63,730 bases of DNA, filler included, from Octopus bimaculoides (GCF_001194135.2; 9 parts of 9 records of this genome joined end to end with filler, not necessarily neighbours in it), one strand, 5' to 3'; positions 11,385-26,346 are shown, numbered from the whole stretch's first letter. A program made the numbers and translations. The notes: generated from the letters alone by a model not told the origin.

Positions 11385-11452
11385 GTGATGATGATGATGA
11401 TGATGATGATACTGGTAGTGGTTGCAACAGCAACAGAAGAAGCAGCGGTTGC

Positions 11453-11514
<62 letters not shown>

Positions 11515-11525
11515 AAGTAGCAGTA
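11297..11525. repeat. Compound microsatellite (TAC)n(TAA)n(GAT)n...(AGT)n
   Basis: Direct reading. Confidence 0.95.
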
Positions 11526-11648
11526 ATTGATTTCTTCAATTTCTACAAGGGCAATATAAAATGATAATTTAATGCCAAAGAAGAAAAGCCCTTTATTGAG
11601 AGAAGCAGAGTGACCTGAAAAAAAAGGAGAAAGGGAGAGAGAGAGAGC

Positions 11649-11682
<34 letters not shown>

Positions 11683-11905
11683 GGGGTGGGAGAAGAGAGA
11701 ACAGAGAAAGCCATTGTCACCATCTTTCTATGATCTGTCACCAGAATTTTGTCAACTTGGATCTGTGGTAGTCATGGAGATTTCAGTATAATATCAGCGA
11801 TCTGGAAGTGGGGAAAGAGAGTTAGATTCAATATTAAGCCGATTCTGGATTAGGACATATGCGGGCTCACTGATGTATGCATGTTCATGTGTATGAGTGT
11901 TCGCT

Positions 11906-11906
<1 letters not shown>

Positions 11907-11995
<89 letters not shown>

Positions 11996-12005
11996 TGTGT
12001 GTGAG
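11907..12005. repeat. (GT)n microsatellite (another long one at 12926-13037)
   Basis: Direct reading. Confidence 0.95.
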
Positions 12006-12136
12006 CATAAGTGTGTATAATAAATGATTGCATATCTTTGTGAATATGTACGTACGAGAGTGAGCATGAGTTTGCGTAAGGAAAAATGTCTGTATGACTA
12101 CGTGTCTGCATGTCTATGCGTTTATGTTTGAGTTTA

Positions 12137-12179
<43 letters not shown>

Positions 12180-12250
12180 TGTGTTCTGTATGTGTCTGGG
12201 TATATTTGGTTGTAAGTGCGCGTGTGTAAGCATTGGCATGTGTATATGCA

Positions 12251-12647
12251 TATAGGCGTGGTTGTGTGGTTAAAAGCTTGCTTCGCAAGCACATAGTTTC
12301 GGGTTCGGTCACACTGCGTGGAACCTTGGACAAGTGTTTTCTGCTATAGTCTCGGACAGACCAAAGACTTGTGAGTGGATTTGTTAGACGGAAACTGAGA
12401 AAAGCTCGTCGTGTATATATATGCATGTGTGTGTGTGCATATGTGTACCTGTGTCTTTGTATCTCTGTTACCCACTATCGCTTGACAACCAGTGCTGGCG
12501 TGCTTACGTCCCGGTAACCTCGCGGTTCGGCGAAAGAGACCGATAAAATAAGAATCAAGTACTTGGGTCAGTTAATTCGACTAAAAAATTCTTCAAGGCG
12601 GTGCCCCAGCACGGCCGTAGTCTAATGATTGAAACAAATAAAAGATA
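12251..12647 (+). mobile_element. SINE family A, near full length
   Basis: tataggcgtggttgtgtggttaaaagcttgctt...gggttcgg head (A/B-box-like), central microsatellite, ...gattgaaacaaataaaag tail. Confidence 0.9.
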
Positions 12648-12923
12648 TATACATACATAAATACACACATACATACATATGCATACACACGCGCGCACAT
12701 ACATACGCACATATGCATATATACATTCACTCGGAGACACACACGTTTGACATGAACACGTACATACATATGTAGACACAATCACAGGCAGATACACACA
12801 CACACACACACACACACACGTACATAAGTCTAACGTGTATTCAAAGCAAATTTGTATATCAATATATGTGCGTATCTGGTTTTTGTAAACAATGACGCGC
12901 ACACGTGCGTGCATGCCTGCATA

Positions 12924-13041
<118 letters not shown>

Positions 13042-13946
13042 AATCAATATATGTGTATGTAAACATGTAAACTTGAGCATGTAAGTTTTCCCATAAATGC
13101 ATATGTGTAAGGTTTTTATATGTCTGCATGTCTGCGTGTATATGTACATGTATGTATATCCATTATGCATACAAGTACATGCATGTATGCGTTTGTACAT
13201 GTGTGCATGTTTTCTTTTTATATTCATGCCGTATAAATATAGATACTGTTTATCGGGCGTCAATGCGTGTATGGTTGTCTACACAGGAGAGTACCTGTGC
13301 ATGTAAGTTCAGGTAATGTGTATGCATGTGTGTGTGTGTGTGTGTATGTGTGTGTGTGTGGGTGTGTGTGTGTTTCCGTGTATCTGTTTTATGTACATCT
13401 GCTACGGACGTGTCGTCGTGGCATGTAAACATGGTTGATGTGTTATGTATATCTGTGTGTCTGCATGTGCGACAGGGTGTGTGTGTGTGTGTTTACGTGC
13501 GTGCTTGTATGTGTCTACGTATGTGCATGTATGTATGTATGTATGTGTATATATATATGTATATTTATGTATGTGTTTGGGCATGTATGTGAGGGTGAAG
13601 CGTGTCTTATCCATATGAACATGTGCGTGTCTGAGCGACTGTATATTATGCAATATACGCCTTAGTGTATAATGTGTTCTATGCATTAATATATTTAATA
13701 TATGTGTGTGTGTGCGTGTGCGCGCGCATGCATGTGCATATAAACACATGGTAATCATGTGTACGCATACTTCAGAACATGTGTATGCATATCTCTTCTG
13801 TATATGTGTGTATTTGTGTACGTCTGTATGCATGTGTGCATGACTGTGTACACTAATGTACAGCTTTCCTTTCAACAATATTTGCATAAAGATATATATG
13901 GGCATGAGAATACGTAAGGCATATAACTGCCCTTGTGTGGGGAGTG

Positions 13947-13995
<49 letters not shown>

Positions 13996-14439
13996 TACGA
14001 GTGAATGAGTTTTGTCTGTACCTGTACGTGTCTGTGTGCGTGTGTATGTCTATGGGTATGTGTATGGGTGTGTATATGTGACTGTTTGTATGCGTGTGTG
14101 TATGTGGCTGGCTGGCTAGCTAGTGTATGAATGTATGTGTGTTTATGTCTGTGTGTGTGTGTGTACATGTGTGCGTGCGTGTGTGTACTTGACAGTATAT
14201 ACGCGGGCATATGTATCTATATGTTTCTATGTGTACATTATATGAATGCATTGTGTGTGTGTGTGTGTGAGCGTGTGTTCGAGCCAGATAGTCAGTGGTT
14301 GCCATCAGAGAGCACTCTCCATGCTACAACATTAATGTCAGCCATGTCTGGATTTTCTATAGTTTTACTCTTCCTCATAGTCAAAATAACATCATCCCCC
14401 GCCATCACCTCACCCTCACCATCATGGGCTCCCGCCATC

Positions 14440-15151
14440 AGTACCACTACCACCACCAACAGCACTACCATCAGCAACTGCACCGCCATTCCATCATCAC
14501 CACCACCCTCTCATCACCACCACCCTATCATTACCCCCACCACCACAACCACCACCACTACTACTTATACTACTACCCCTACTACTACTACTACTACTAC
14601 TACGACAACGACGACGACCACTACCACCACCACCACTATCACCATCATATATAAATCAGCAGGTACCACTATGCATACACATACAAACAGCCGATACGGA
14701 GTATACACAAACACATTCAAGGGCGCGTATATGTANNNNNNNNNNNNNNNNNNNNNNNNNNNNNNNNNNNNNNNNNNNNNNNNNNNNNNNNNNNNNNNNN
14801 NNNNNNNNNNNNNNNNNNNNNNNNNNNNNNNNNNNNNNNNNNNNNNNNNNNNNNNNNNNNNNNNNNNNNNNNNNNNNNNNNNNNNNNNNNNNNNNNNNNN
14901 NNNNNNNNNNNNNNNNNNNNNNNNNNNNNNNNNNNNNNNNNNNNNNNNNNNNNNNNNNNNNNNNNNNNNNNNNNNNNNNNNNNNNNNNNNNNNNNNNNNN
15001 NNNNNNNNNNNNNNNNNNNNNNNNNNNNNNNNNNNNNNNNNNNNNNNNNNNNNNNNNNNNNNNNNNNNNNNNNNNNNNNNNNNNNNNNNNNNNNNNNNNN
15101 NNNNNNNNNNNNNNNNNNNNNNNNNNNNNNNNNNNNNNNNNNNNNNNNNNN

Positions 15152-15187
<36 letters not shown>

Positions 15188-15668
15188 GTACGTGCGCGCG
15201 TAAGAGGGTGGGAGAGAGTAGCGAGAGAATGGGTTGTAAAACGGAGCGGCGGTGGGGACTAAAAGAAATTATATCACAAATTTAGTCAGAAACAAGTCGA
15301 AAGTAAACACATACAGACAAACACACAGACAAACACACACACACACATACAAACACAAACGTATGCACAGACACACACATAAGTGCACACAGACAGACAA
15401 GTACGTGTTTACATTTATACACATCAGGAGCACAGACATACGCACATACATATTGAACATATATATATATATATATATATATACGTTATACGTCAAGATG
15501 TTTTAAATTTATAACATACACACGTGTTTTTCGTTATGCGCGAATGTGCTTGTGTCTCTGTGTACGCGTATGTCTGCTTTATCCGCGCTCACGCAGGGAA
15601 TTCACTCACCTTAAAATGTCAAATAAATTTAACACCTACAACAAGCAGCAACTACAACAACAACAACA

Positions 15669-15710
<42 letters not shown>

Positions 15711-16230
15711 GCTTCTACTACTGCTACTTCTACTACTGCTACTACTACGCTAAAAATGATAACATTGACAACAACAAAAGCGACATAGAAAACAGAACGA
15801 CGCAGGAATGGTGATAACAATAAAACTGATTATACAACAACAACAACAACAACAAAGCAACAACAACAGCTGCACTGACAACAATAACATACACTAAAAG
15901 AAAACACTACAACATTGATAACACTGATAGCATTGATATCAACAGAATCACTAGATCCACTGCCGCCGCCACCACCACCACAACTAACAACCACAACATC
16001 AACAACAACAAGCTCTACAACAACCTCAATAACACAATCATAACTGCAACAACAACCACAACAACACGACCACAACAGCAACTACAAACGACAACCACAA
16101 TAACGGCCACAACATTTGACAAAACAAAATACCTCCAAAAACAACATTGACGACAACAGTAACATTAACAACTTCATCACCAGCACCACCACCACCAACA
16201 ACAACAACAACAACAACTTTGATGATAATA
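14440..16230. repeat. Trinucleotide low-complexity tract ((CAC)n, (CTA)n, (CAA)n) interrupted by a gap and (GT)/(CA) runs
   Basis: Direct reading; source of the poly-Thr/His/Tyr/Leu pseudo-ORFs. Confidence 0.85.
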
Positions 16231-16289
16231 ATAAATGACAACAACAAAATAAAGGGCAACAAGAAAAATCGTCGAAGTGGTGGGTGACT

Positions 16290-16681
16290 GAATGTAGTTG
16301 CTTGAACCGCTTGAAATACCAACGAAATTTGCCTTAAATTACAGCCAACCATCTTAAAAAAAAAAAAAAAAACTCGTTGGATGGTATGGTTCTGGGTACA
16401 CTGTACGCAATGTCTCGGGGAAAAAAGTGTGATGGTCACGATTTGAATGCATCAACATCTACAACAATCGTAACAACAGCAACAACAATAGCAACAAAAA
16501 CCAAATTAAGTTACAATCACATCTACAACAGCACCAAACAGCGAAATACGAGTGACATTAACAATAACATCAATAACAAAAATAATAAGGCAGCAAGGAA
16601 GAGGCTCCACTTGTTTCATCGACCTACGAAAAACAACAGTAAAATTCCTTTCCCCTCCTAGTTACACTGTAAAATGCTATA

Positions 16682-16723
<42 letters not shown>

Positions 16724-18560
16724 TACACATCGCAGTAATGTGATTCTATTATCTGTATCTAAAAATGAACTAAAGTAGAGATTGCCATGGCTGGAAGAAC
16801 TTTTAATCATAGACTTGCTCAGTAAAATCTAACCTGGGGCGAAACAACAACAACGGAAGCATAGCATAGATAACATCAATTACAAAGCAGAATGTTAGTA
16901 TCATCATCATCATCATCATCATCACCAATAGCAACAACAACAGTAGCAGCAGCAGCGACAAAAATTAGACGAAATAGAAACAGGGGAGATAACTTCTTAA
17001 TTAGGCTTAAAACATATGATACCAGGGGAGGTAACTGGCACAGTAGAAAATATTACTAACGTAACGAGCGAAGTGGTTTCCAAACAAAAATCGATATTGA
17101 TTTCTTTGGGAACTTTCAGTTGTTGTTGTTGCTGCCTATCCATAAGTTAGATCAAACTGAATAAACTTTACAATCTAAGGAATTCCAGATATGACCATCC
17201 CATTATTCTCAAACGTTGTGTAATAAGGACACCATTATTTACTTTGACTTGCATTTTTAAAATAAAGTGTAATTTGAGGAGGATTTAGCCGTTATATCGA
17301 GCATCTCGAACGATCGCGTGGACGTTCTCTCATTGACTCATTATAGTTCCAGATTGTTGTTGTTGTTGTTGTTGTTGTGGTGGTGGTGGTGGTAGTGGCG
17401 GAGGCGATGGTGATTGTTGTCGTCGTTTTGCTCCATGTCAATTCTAATGACCCTATGATCAAACACACTCAAGTCAGACCATGCTGCTTTTTTTTCTTGT
17501 TTTCTTTTTATCAAACAGTATATTTAGGGCTACATTATTTAATGTGTTCTTTTCAAATAAAAGATTGCAGGCATGAGTTTTAAGAATATTTAGCAACTAT
17601 TTCTAGCATTTGCATAAAGCATCCAGTTATGAATATGTAATATGTAATGTTCATATCGTTATATAGCTGGATGTAATACATGCGCGTTATATATACGCAT
17701 ATATACTAAAGGCGATACTCCAGCATGGCCACCGTCAAATGACCGAAACAAGTAAAAGAGTAAAAGAGTAAAAGAGTATATGCCATGTACTTTAGCGACA
17801 TAACTAAAGCAAAACTTTGACCAGGAATTAACACCGTATCGCAAATTTAATTCGACGAAAGTTGACAACAAACTAACTTGACGGTAACCATTACAGACAT
17901 CAATAACATATTGCAGCTGTCGAGGGTGATTTATATGCTCGAAATAGTAGCCAAATATCCCTCGTATCACATGGCCGATATCGGCTTGGAAACGTCATAT
18001 TGGGTAATGTAGTCCTAGCTAGATATATTAGGATAAGATGGAGTGGTAACAGCTGCAAAGTCTTTGATCATTAAAAGTGTATAGAGTTGACTTGCGGCTA
18101 AACTATAATAACAACAGCAACCACTACTATTACTACTACTACAAACAAGCGAAAACAAAAACAAAATTAACAACAACAATGACACTCACTTCAGTGAGTC
18201 GGATGAGGGAGTGGGAAAGATGTTTATATAGACCCCCAACACTACCTAAATATAGTGAATCTTGTATTTACTTCATCAACTTCGGAACCGTCCAGAGAAT
18301 ATTTTAGAGTTTAATCGAGTTGCTAGAAAGAGCAGCAAGATTCGCTGAAATCACACTATAGTGGCTAAAAGAAGAACAGAAAAGAAAAGAAAAAAATACA
18401 ATGAGTAATGCAGTCTTAGATATCTGAACAGAATAGTAAAACAAAAAAAAAAATAGACAACCATGGCCGACATCATTTTCGGAAAAAAAAAATCGGCTTG
18501 ATCATTGCTGACCTGAAGCTACACAACAAAAAAAAAATTACTATATTACAACAACAACAA
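16290..18560. mobile_element. Cluster of about 6 degenerate copies of a short interspersed repeat (family E) ending ...ggctaaacaacaac; further copies at about 31270-31445 and 56215-56385
   Basis: Recurrent motifs gaaatagYagccaaat, taatgtagtccta, gatggtcac, tttRatcat, (g)gctaaacaacaac near 16290, 16740, 17185, 17430, 17920, 18320 in both orientations. Confidence 0.55.
17707..17778 (+). mobile_element. SINE family A 3' end
   Basis: taaaggcgatactccagcatggcc..gtcaaatgaccgaaacaagtaaaagagtaaaagag. Confidence 0.85.
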
Positions 18561-18563
18561 CAG

Positions 18564-18595
<32 letters not shown>

Positions 18596-18966
18596 GCTTC
18601 GGAAAAACTAAAAGTGAATTCTGTGCTAATGTGATTTGAACTCAGATTATAGATCATAAAAAAAGACAAAACATAAATCAACTGANNNNNNNNNNNNNNN
18701 NNNNNNNNNNNNNNNNNNNNNNNNNNNNNTTAATTAATTAANNNNNNNNNNNNNNNNNNNNNNNNNNNNNNNNNNNNNNNNNNNNCGTCACCATTGATGT
18801 CATTAACGCCCAATGGAACCGGCATTAGTGTCGGAGGGACGAATCGAAACCCCACCTCCCATGCATATATTCACTCACTCAGACATATTCGCTTACACAC
18901 ATACACGCATACAAGAATGTTGCAACGTACACCACCAACACCACCATGATTATATCATTATGACCA

Positions 18967-18999
<33 letters not shown>

Positions 19000-19129
19000 G
19001 CAACGACAAACCGACCCCACCGACGCCATCATCGTAATACGAACGCATGTCATCATTGACAGTGTCAATTTTGCCACAGCGCTCACACCACTACTCATTA
19101 TCCATCCCACCCTAGTATCATCATTGATA

Positions 19130-19660
<531 letters not shown>

Positions 19661-19662
19661 AG

Positions 19663-19908
19663 CACCTTGCTCTCATGTGTCTATTCCCTGGTGAGGTTAC
19701 CGTGGTCTTTTCCGTAGTCTTTTCGCTCCATGGATAAACCTAATGTTACCTTTTTTACACCTTAAACATTTTCTGTGATACACGATCCCTTTTGATCGTT
19801 TTTTTTTTCTAAAAGAAAAGCTCTACAATTGTATTTGTTCCTTCTGTGTGCAACCCTGTATGGTCAATAAAAGAAAATTATCTATCTATCTATCTATCTG
19901 CCTTTCTG

Positions 19909-19963
<55 letters not shown>

Positions 19964-20026
19964 GACTATCTATCTATCTATCTGACTATCTATCTATCTC
20001 TCTATCTATCTATCTATCTATCTATC
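19663..20026 (+). mobile_element. L1/Tx1-type LINE 3' UTR fragment with AATAAA and (TATC)n tail
   Basis: ...caaccctgtatggtcAATAAAagaaaat followed by (TATC)n, the same terminal architecture as the Tx1-like element at 42188-44174. Confidence 0.55.
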
Positions 20027-20116
20027 TTAATCCCTTACCCCAAGCTGCCCTTGTGGCAAAAACTTGAAATTATTATTATTATTATTATTATCATTATTAC
20101 TATTGTTATTATCATG

Positions 20117-20162
<46 letters not shown>

Positions 20163-20199
20163 GCATTCAAAGGGCGACGGTTAAATAAAAGGGGGTCGA

Positions 20200-20292
20200 T
20201 AAAATAAGCTCCGGTTGGACAATGGGTTCATTCGTATCGATTTACCCCTTCCCCCGTTCTTGCTGGCCTTGTGCCAAAAATTTGAAATCATT
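20200..20292 (+). mobile_element. SINE family B 3' portion
   Basis: ggggtcgataaaataag...gctggccttgtgccaaaaatttgaaatcatt. Confidence 0.65.
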
Positions 20293-20752
20293 NNNNNNNN
20301 NNNNNNNNNNNNNNNNNNNNNNNNNNNNNNNNNNNNNNNNNNNNNNNNNNNNNNNNNNNNNNNNNNNNNNNNNNNNNNNNNNNNNNNNNNNNNNNNNNNN
20401 NNNNNNNNNNNNNNNNNNNNNNNNNNNNNNNNNNNNNNNNNNNNNNNNNNNNNNNNNNNNNNNNNNNNNNNNNNNNNNNNNNNNNNNNNNNNNNNNNNNN
20501 NNNNNNNNNNNNNNNNNNNNNNNNNNNNNNNNNNNNNNNNNNNNNNNNNNNNNNNNNNNNNNNNNNNNNNNNNNNNNNNNNNNNNNNNNNNNNNNNNNNN
20601 NNNNNNNNNNNNNNNNNNNNNNNNNNNNNNNNNNNNNNNNNNNNNNNNNNNNNNNNNNNNNNNNNNNNNNNNNNNNNNNNNNNNNNNNNNNNNNNNNNNN
20701 NNNNNNNNNNNNNNNNNNNNNNNNNNNNNNNNNNNNNNNNNNNNNNNNNNNN

Positions 20753-20880
20753 GGCAGCGGAGGCGGCGGCAGCGGAGGCGGCGGCAGCGGAGGCGGCGGC
20801 AGCGGAGGCGGCGGCAGCGGAGGCGGCGGCAGCGGAGGCTGCTGCTGCTGCGGTGACGGTCAGGATGACGGTGGTGGCGG
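20753..20880. repeat. GC-rich 12-bp tandem repeat (GGCAGCGGAGGC)n next to a gap
   Basis: Direct reading. Confidence 0.9.
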
Positions 20881-22329
20881 CATGTGTAAGACGCTGTGAT
20901 TGCCCGCCGCAGAGCATCGGTTAGGTTGGAGATAATGAGACGAGGTAGGTGTGGTATACGGCCTTGTAGAGAGATGTGTAATGCAAGCGCGCTGCCGTGT
21001 AGCATGGCGCACTGTGGCGCACTATGGCACAGTGTGGTGCAGTGTGGTGCAGTGTGTGTGTGTGTGGTGGTCTGGGTTGGTGTGGTATGTATGAGGTGTG
21101 AGGAATGATGGGAGGTTGAGAAAATTGTCTGACAAGATTTACGTCTTCCGTTGCACAAGGTTTTGCATGTGTCAGTCATAGAACAGCAGGAAAGGGGGAG
21201 GGGTGAGAGTCGGGTGGAAGGGCGGGTGGATATGATAGAAGAATATGAAAAAAAAGTAGAAGTGGAGGAGTAGGAGTAGGAGGAGGAATAAGTAAAATGG
21301 AGGTGTCCGTAACGGTGCTGGACCAGATTGTGTGTGGTGATGCTGATGTTTGGTGGAGCTGAGGATGGTGGTGATGATGATGATGGTGGTGGTGGTGGTG
21401 GTGGTGCTTGCAGTGATGGCGGTGGTGTAATTGGTGATGATGGTGGTATTGGTGGTAGTGNNNNNNNNNNNNNNNNNNNNNNNNNNNNNNNNNNNNNNNN
21501 NNNNNNNNNNNNNNNNNNNNNNNNNNNNNNNNNNNNNNNNNNNNNNNNNNNNNNNNNNNNNNNNNNNNNNNNNNNNNNNNNNNNNNNNNNNNNNNNNNNN
21601 NNNNNNNNNNNNNNNNNNNNNNNNNNNNNNNNNNNNNNNNNNNNNNNNNNNNNNNNNNNNNNNNNNNNNNNNNNNNNNNNNNNNNNNNNNNNNNNNNNNN
21701 NNNNNNNNNNNNNNNNNNNNNNNNNNNNNNNNNNNNNNNNNNNNNNNNNNNNNNNNNNNNNNNNNNNNNNNNNNNNNNNNNNNNNNNNNNNNNNNNNNNN
21801 NNNNNNNNNNNNNNNNNNNNNNNNNNNNNNNNNNNNNNNNNNNNNNNNNNNNNNNNNNNNNNNNNNNNNNNNNNNNNNNNNNNNNNNNNNNNNNNNNNNN
21901 NNNNNNNNNNNNNNNNNNNNNNNNNNNNNNNNNNNNNNNNNNNNNNNNNNNNNNNNNNNNNNNNNNNNNNNNNNNNNNNNNNNNNNNNNNNNNNNNNNNN
22001 NNNNNNNNNNNNNNNNNNNNNNNNNNNNNNNNNNNNNNNNNNNNNNNNNNNNNNNNNNNNNNNNNNNNNNNNNNNNNNNNNNNNNNNNNNNNNNNNNNNN
22101 NNAAGGAGAAAGAGAGAGAGTGAGTAAAGGAGAGAAAGGGGTGTCATCTAATAGGTTTAATAGATATTTACGGGATCTTGAATGAATGGGCGTGGGTCTT
22201 TGTAATAGATACGCAGAGAGATGTAGGTAAGTAAGATGGTAGGTGACTAGATGAACGTGAGCGCCTTTGTGTGTGCGTGTGTATATATATATGTATACGT
22301 ATGTGTGTGTGTGCGTGTGCGTGTGTGTA

Positions 22330-22383
<54 letters not shown>

Positions 22384-23094
22384 TTATCTATCTATACACT
22401 CACACATACATATGCATCCATATATGTAGGAAAAAGAGAGAAAGAGTTGTTGATAGATAGATAAATAGATAGAACATAAAAACGAAATATACGATTTCAT
22501 ACGCGCGCGCGCGTACACACACACATATACAACAACATCCATACACAAAAGTGAAGATGCATACATGTACGTATGGATTCATGTGCGTTTATCTCAGAGC
22601 CTTCAAACATTGTTTACGAATACAGAGAGAGACAGAGAGAGACAGAGAGACAGAGAGAAAGAGGGGGGGTAGATTGAGGGAAAGGAAGAGAGTAAGAGTA
22701 GAGGCAAAGTGCAAGAACTAAAGTAAATGTTTGTGATTAGAAACGAGGGACAGTGTAAGATTGTCAAAATGTCTTAGAGGGGGAGTGAATGTTAATCCCT
22801 CTCTCTCTCTGTCTATTTCTATCCTCTCTACTTCTCTATGAATGTTTGAGAGAGAGACAGACAGACAGACAGAAACTATAATTATCAGAAAGTGTCAGTT
22901 TCATGAGAGAACGTACGTCACTTTCTCCATCTCCCTTCTACAGTCTCCCCTTCCTCCCGCGCTCTCTCTCCCTGTCACTCTCTCCCTATCTCTCTCTCTC
23001 TCTCCGTCTCTCTCTTTGTCTTTCTGTCTCCCTTTGCCTCTCTGTCTCTGTCTGTCTCTGTTTCACTATCTATCTATCTATCTCTCTCTCTCCC

Positions 23095-23140
<46 letters not shown>

Positions 23141-24002
23141 TGTCTCCCTCTCACACACACTACGTGTGTGACTAATATTACAAGGAGAGAGGGAGTCACT
23201 GTTATTCGCTTTCTATATCCCTCTTTCTCTACTTCTTTCTCTGTCTCACTTTCTCTCTCTCCCCTTTTTCCCACTCTTTCCCTTCTCTCTTTCGCTTCTT
23301 CTCTTCTCCCCACCCCCATTTTTATCTATTTCCTTCTCCCTCCCTTCGCGCTCTCTCATCTTTCTTTTCGTTCACGCTCTCTATTATCCTCCCTCCCGCT
23401 TTCCCTCTCTCTCCTCTCTCACTCTCCGTGTGCTGCATCCGTCTCTGGTGTATCTTTAGCTGGGGGGGGGGCGAACAGCGAGATTGGATACACACACGAG
23501 CGAAAGTAATGGGAGACAGGGGATGGTAAGCGAAGTATGGACAGTTGGATGTAATGAGAAAATATGTCTTTACAAGTGTGTATACCAATAGATTATAACA
23601 GATACATAAAAAAAGGATACATACATAGAACGTGTATGTGTATGTGTATACGTGTGAGTGCATATACATATATATGTATATATATATTGAATATGCATAT
23701 ATACACACAAATACGTGTACGCACGCACACAGAAGGAGAAACGCATGCGATAACAAAATTATAAACATAAACAAATGGGATACTTTTTTCTGTTTTACAA
23801 AGTTGTAAACGAAATGCAGCCCTCGAAACGTTAATAAATATACAAAATAAAAATGTATCCCGGTGTAACAACAATCAAAAAAATCACAAAAAAAAAGAAA
23901 GAGTGTAGGACAAGAAGAGATAACATGAAAGAAGAAAAAATTTTAAAAATACAAAAAACTGATACAGCAATCTAAGTGCATAACATGCATATGTATACAT
24001 GA

Positions 24003-24042
<40 letters not shown>

Positions 24043-25475
24043 NNNNNNNNNNNNNNNNNNNNNNNNNNNNNNNNNNNNNNNNNNNNNNNNNNNNNNNNNN
24101 NNNNNNNNNNNNNNNNNNNNNNNNNNNNNNNNNNNNNNNNNNNNNNNNNNNNNNNNNNNNNNNNNNNNNNNNNNNNNNNNNNNNNNNNNNNNNNNNNNNN
24201 NNNNNNNNNNNNNNNNNNNNNNNNNNNNNNNNNNNNNNNNNNNNNNNNNNNNNNNNNNNNNNNNNNNNNNNNNNNNNNNNNNNNNNNNNNNNNNNNNNNN
24301 NNNNNNNNNNNNNNNNNNNNNNNNNNNNNNNNNNNNNNNNNNNNNNNNNNNNNNNNNNNNNNNNNNNNNNNNNNNNNNNNNNNNNNNNNNNNNNNNNNNN
24401 NNNNNNNNNNNNNNNNNNNNNNNNNNNNNNNNNNNNNNNNNNNNNNNNNNNNNNNNNNNNNNNNNNNNNNNNNNNNNNNNNNNNNNNNNNNNNNNNNNNN
24501 NNNNNNNNNNNNNNNNNNNNNNNNNNNNNNNNNNNNNNNNNNNNNNNNNNNNNNNNNNNNNNNNNNNNNNNNNNNNNNNNNNNNNNNNNNNNNNNNNNNN
24601 NNNNNNNNNNNNNNNNNNNNNNNNNNNNNNNNNNNNNNNNNNNNNNNNNNNNNNNNNNNNNNNNNNNNNNNNNNNNNNNNNNNNNNNNNNNNNNNNNNNN
24701 NNNNNNNNNNNNNNNNNNNNNNNNNNNNNNNNNNNNNNNNNNNNNNNNNNNNNNNNNNNNNNNNNNNNNNNNNNNNNNNNNNNNNNNNNNNNNNNNNNNN
24801 NNNNNNNNNNNNNNNNNNNNNNNNNNNNNNNNNNNNNNNNNNNNNNNNNATATATGTATGTATATATATTTGCATACAAACATATACATATATACATACA
24901 TAGATGCATGTACATATATAAATATATATATATATATACATGCATGATTGTATTTTAAATCAGGCTTGCAGAAGGTGGTTAAGCGGACGGTAAGAACACT
25001 AACGGCTGAGAAGTTCCATTTCTCAGACATTACCATATTATTCACAAAACAGCGTATGATTTTCCTTTGCCAGTTAAGCATCGACTTTATATCTTGCAGA
25101 TGCCACTCGCCCGTCCTCTTCATTTCCCCTACACATTCTCTCTATTTCTTATCTTCATTCTCTTCCTTACTCACGATCCCCCATTCTCTCCCCCCACACA
25201 CACACACGTACACACACACGCACTACATTTGTGTCCCTTTCTGTGATTGAATATAATTTTTCAAACGTTACAGGCGCCAAACTTAGAAAGCAATATGTCG
25301 CTCTCAGTTTCACTCGCTTTATATGTGTAGTATCCATTGAATATATTAATATGTGTCTACATATGTATCTAAATATCCTGTTTGCTATCTCACTAGTGTA
25401 GTTTAATATGTAAGTAGCCATCAAGCTGTGTACGTGTATCTATCTATCTTTCTATCTTTCTATCTTTCTATCTTT

Positions 25476-25532
<57 letters not shown>

Positions 25533-25581
25533 GATCAAACAAATATATGTAATTATAAATATGCCCGTGTGCTTATGCATG

Positions 25582-25618
<37 letters not shown>

Positions 25619-25678
25619 TAACAGAACGAGATAAAAATCCAAGGCTGTGAAAGATTTCAGAACTGTTATAAAGAGAAG

Positions 25679-25726
25679 GTCTTACAGCTGTTTCCGGGAT
25701 ATTTTATATATCCCTTCATCGGAGAC
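25679..25726 (-). ncRNA. Minimal type I hammerhead ribozyme (U4C variant)
   Basis: Minus strand: gtct-CCGATGA-A-GGGATAT-ataaa-ATATCCC-g-GAA-ACAGCTGT-A-agac. 4-bp stem I, 7-bp stem II, palindromic stem III, GUA site. Confidence 0.7.
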
Positions 25727-25792
25727 TGTGTGCGAAAATGGTTAAGCAATAGTTATTCTAGATAAGATATGAAATAGAATTATAATAACTGA

Positions 25793-26346
25793 AGTAGGCT
25801 GGGGTTTAACAATGTACTCCCAAAAAGAAAAACTAGAATTGTCATCAAATATCGCTGGGGGTGTTAGAACACTTAGAATGCTAGAAATAAGAGTTAAAGC
25901 GCTCTGATGCTACAGTCAACGCACATAATTGTGTATATACATACATAGAGACAGCGACCGTAAACGGCGGAAAGTGGCAGTCGAGATATTCCTATAATGT
26001 CGGACAGTTTCGGCTTTAACGCCGGAGCCTCATCAGCAGGATCGGCAGAACTCGCCAGATTTCGGACGAGATCGTCGCCAGTATATATGTCCATACCATA
26101 GAACTCTATGGATGATCTAGTGAATCGCCAACGTGTATACAATTTATTTATGTAGGCAGCGATTTAGCAATGTATCATCAAAAAGGGGACCTAGTATTGT
26201 CATTAAATATGACTGTGGGTGTTAGAACACCTTCGATGCTAGAAATAAGAGCTAAAGCTCTCTGATGCTGCAGTCAATGCATATAATTGTACACACACAC
26301 ATACTGATACCAACCGTAAACGGCCGAAAGCGGCAGTCGAGATATA
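25793..26346. repeat. Two diverged direct repeats (about 25793-25990 and 26153-26346, period about 360 nt) interleaved with the two hammerheads
   Basis: Shared gtaggc.g.g.ttta.caatgta, gggtgttagaacac.t.gatgctagaaataagag.taaagc.ctctgatgct.cagtcaa, accgtaaacggc.gaaag.ggcagtcgagatat. Confidence 0.85.
25998..26041 (-). ncRNA. Minimal hammerhead ribozyme motif, intact core, weak stem I
   Basis: Minus strand: tcctg-CTGATGA-GGCT-ccggcgttaa-AGCC-GAA-ACTGT-C-cgaca. Perfect 4-bp stem II and GUC site; stem I poorly paired. Confidence 0.6.

Noticed and set aside
14131-14735. Mucin-like Thr/Pro/His-rich ORF
   Set aside because: Built from (CAC)/(CTA) microsatellites flanked by (GT)n; no splice signals or family motif
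20753-20880. Gly/Ala/Arg-rich ORFs from GC repeats (also 59862-60420)
   Set aside because: Pure tandem repeats next to gaps, open in several frames, with no splice or domain evidence
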